DNA of 63,763 nt, filler included, from Craspedostauros australis (Eukaryota), in the NCBI GenBank assembly GCA_030167865.1. It is 10 parts of 10 records of this genome, joined end to end, with 100 filler letters (N's around TTAATTAATTAA, not from the genome) between each part and the next. Parts side by side here need not be neighbours in the genome. Positions count along the whole stretch, not along the records: positions 60,945 to 63,763 come from JALAGF010004752.1; 9 more parts are not named here. One strand, 5' to 3'. The notes below the pieces were generated by a model, which saw nothing but the letters and a program-made list of their open reading frames with translations, ran no database searches and was not told the DNA's origin. The translations under genes were made by a program, and so were the position numbers. This document shows, in pieces, positions 62,730 through 63,763 of this stretch. Each line of letters starts with the position of its first letter. The first letter of the stretch is position 1.

Positions 62730-63763
62730 TGTGATGGCGTTGCAAATGATGGCGTTGCAAATGATATCGTCACAAATGATAGTGTCACAAATGATGGCAT
62801 CGCAAATGATGGCGTCGCTGATGATGGCGTTGCTGATGATGGCGTTGCTGATGATGGCGTTGCTGACAATAACGTCGCAAATGATGGAGTCGCTGTGGCG
62901 TCGCTGATGATACTGTCACTGATGATGGCATTGCAAATGATGGTGTCGCAAATGATAGCGTCACTGATGATGGCGTTGCAAATGATGGCGTCGCAAATGA
63001 TATCGTCGCTGATGATATTGTCACTGATGATGGCGTCGCAAATGATATCGTCGCTGATGATGGCGTCGCTGATAAAAACGTCGCAAATGATGGCGTTGCT
63101 GATGATGGCGTCGCTGATGATGGCATTGCAAATAATATTGTCGCTGATGATGGCGTTGCTGATGATGGTGTGTTGATAATAACGTCGCTAATGATGTTGT
63201 TGCTGATGATATCGTCGCTGATGATGGCGTCGCTGATGATGGCGTTGCAAATGATGGCGTCGCAAATGATGGAGTCGCTGATGATGGAGTCGCTGACGAT
63301 GGCGTTGCTGATGATGCCGTTGCAAATGATGGCGTTGCTGATGATGGCGTCACAAATGATATCGTCACTGATGATAGCGTCGCAAATTATGGCGTCGCTG
63401 ATGATGGCGTCGCTGATAATAACGTCGCAAATGATGGAATCGCTGATGACGGCGTCGCAAATGATGGCGTCGCAAATGATATTGTCACTGATGATGGCGT
63501 TGCTGATGATGGCGTTGCAAATGATGGCGTTGCTGATGATGGCGTCGCTGATGATGGCGTTGCTGATAATAACGTCGCAAATGATGGCGTTGTTGATGAT
63601 GGCGTCGCAAATGATGGCGTCGCAAATGATGGCATCGCTGATGATGGTGTCACAAACGATATCGTCGATGATGATAGTGTCGCAAATTATGGCGTTGCTG
63701 ATGATGGCGTCGCTGATGATAGCGTCACTGATGATGGCGTCACTGATGATGGCGTTGCTGATG
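62730..63763. repeat. 15-bp minisatellite ATGATGGCGTCG(CTG/CAA), >1 kb, continuing past the window end
   Basis: Several dozen tandem units visible, with variants mostly at CG positions. Confidence 0.95.

Overview
Eukaryotic nuclear DNA, most likely from a diatom (GT-AG introns, diatom-type copia gag proteins, a probable bipartite plastid-targeting peptide). It is not one continuous sequence: ten contigs are joined by artificial 100-bp N44-TTAATTAATTAA-N44 linkers. Main content: (1) Three paralogous ~1400-1500 aa STAND NTPase/winged-helix/TPR-like genes. One appears intact, one has a single nonsense codon, and one is a multiply disrupted pseudogene split by a 5008-bp PIF/Harbinger-type insertion (TIRs, CAG target duplication) whose removal restores the frame. 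(2) Ordinary genes: HVA22/REEP-like membrane protein, class I methyltransferase, GT61 glycosyltransferase, RING-H2 protein, mitochondrial carrier, LRR-like protein and CRAL-TRIO protein. (3) Two notable genes: a predicted plastid protein made of two RbcX-like repeats, and a spliced 96-aa MIC12/MIC13-like protein not assembled by the ORF track. (4) A repeat-rich second half with copia gag fragments, a non-LTR fragment, a Harbinger transposase, a palindromic MITE-like array, a hairpin-bearing ~230-bp satellite and a 15-bp minisatellite showing CpG decay. All family assignments come from motif recognition by eye; no database search was run.
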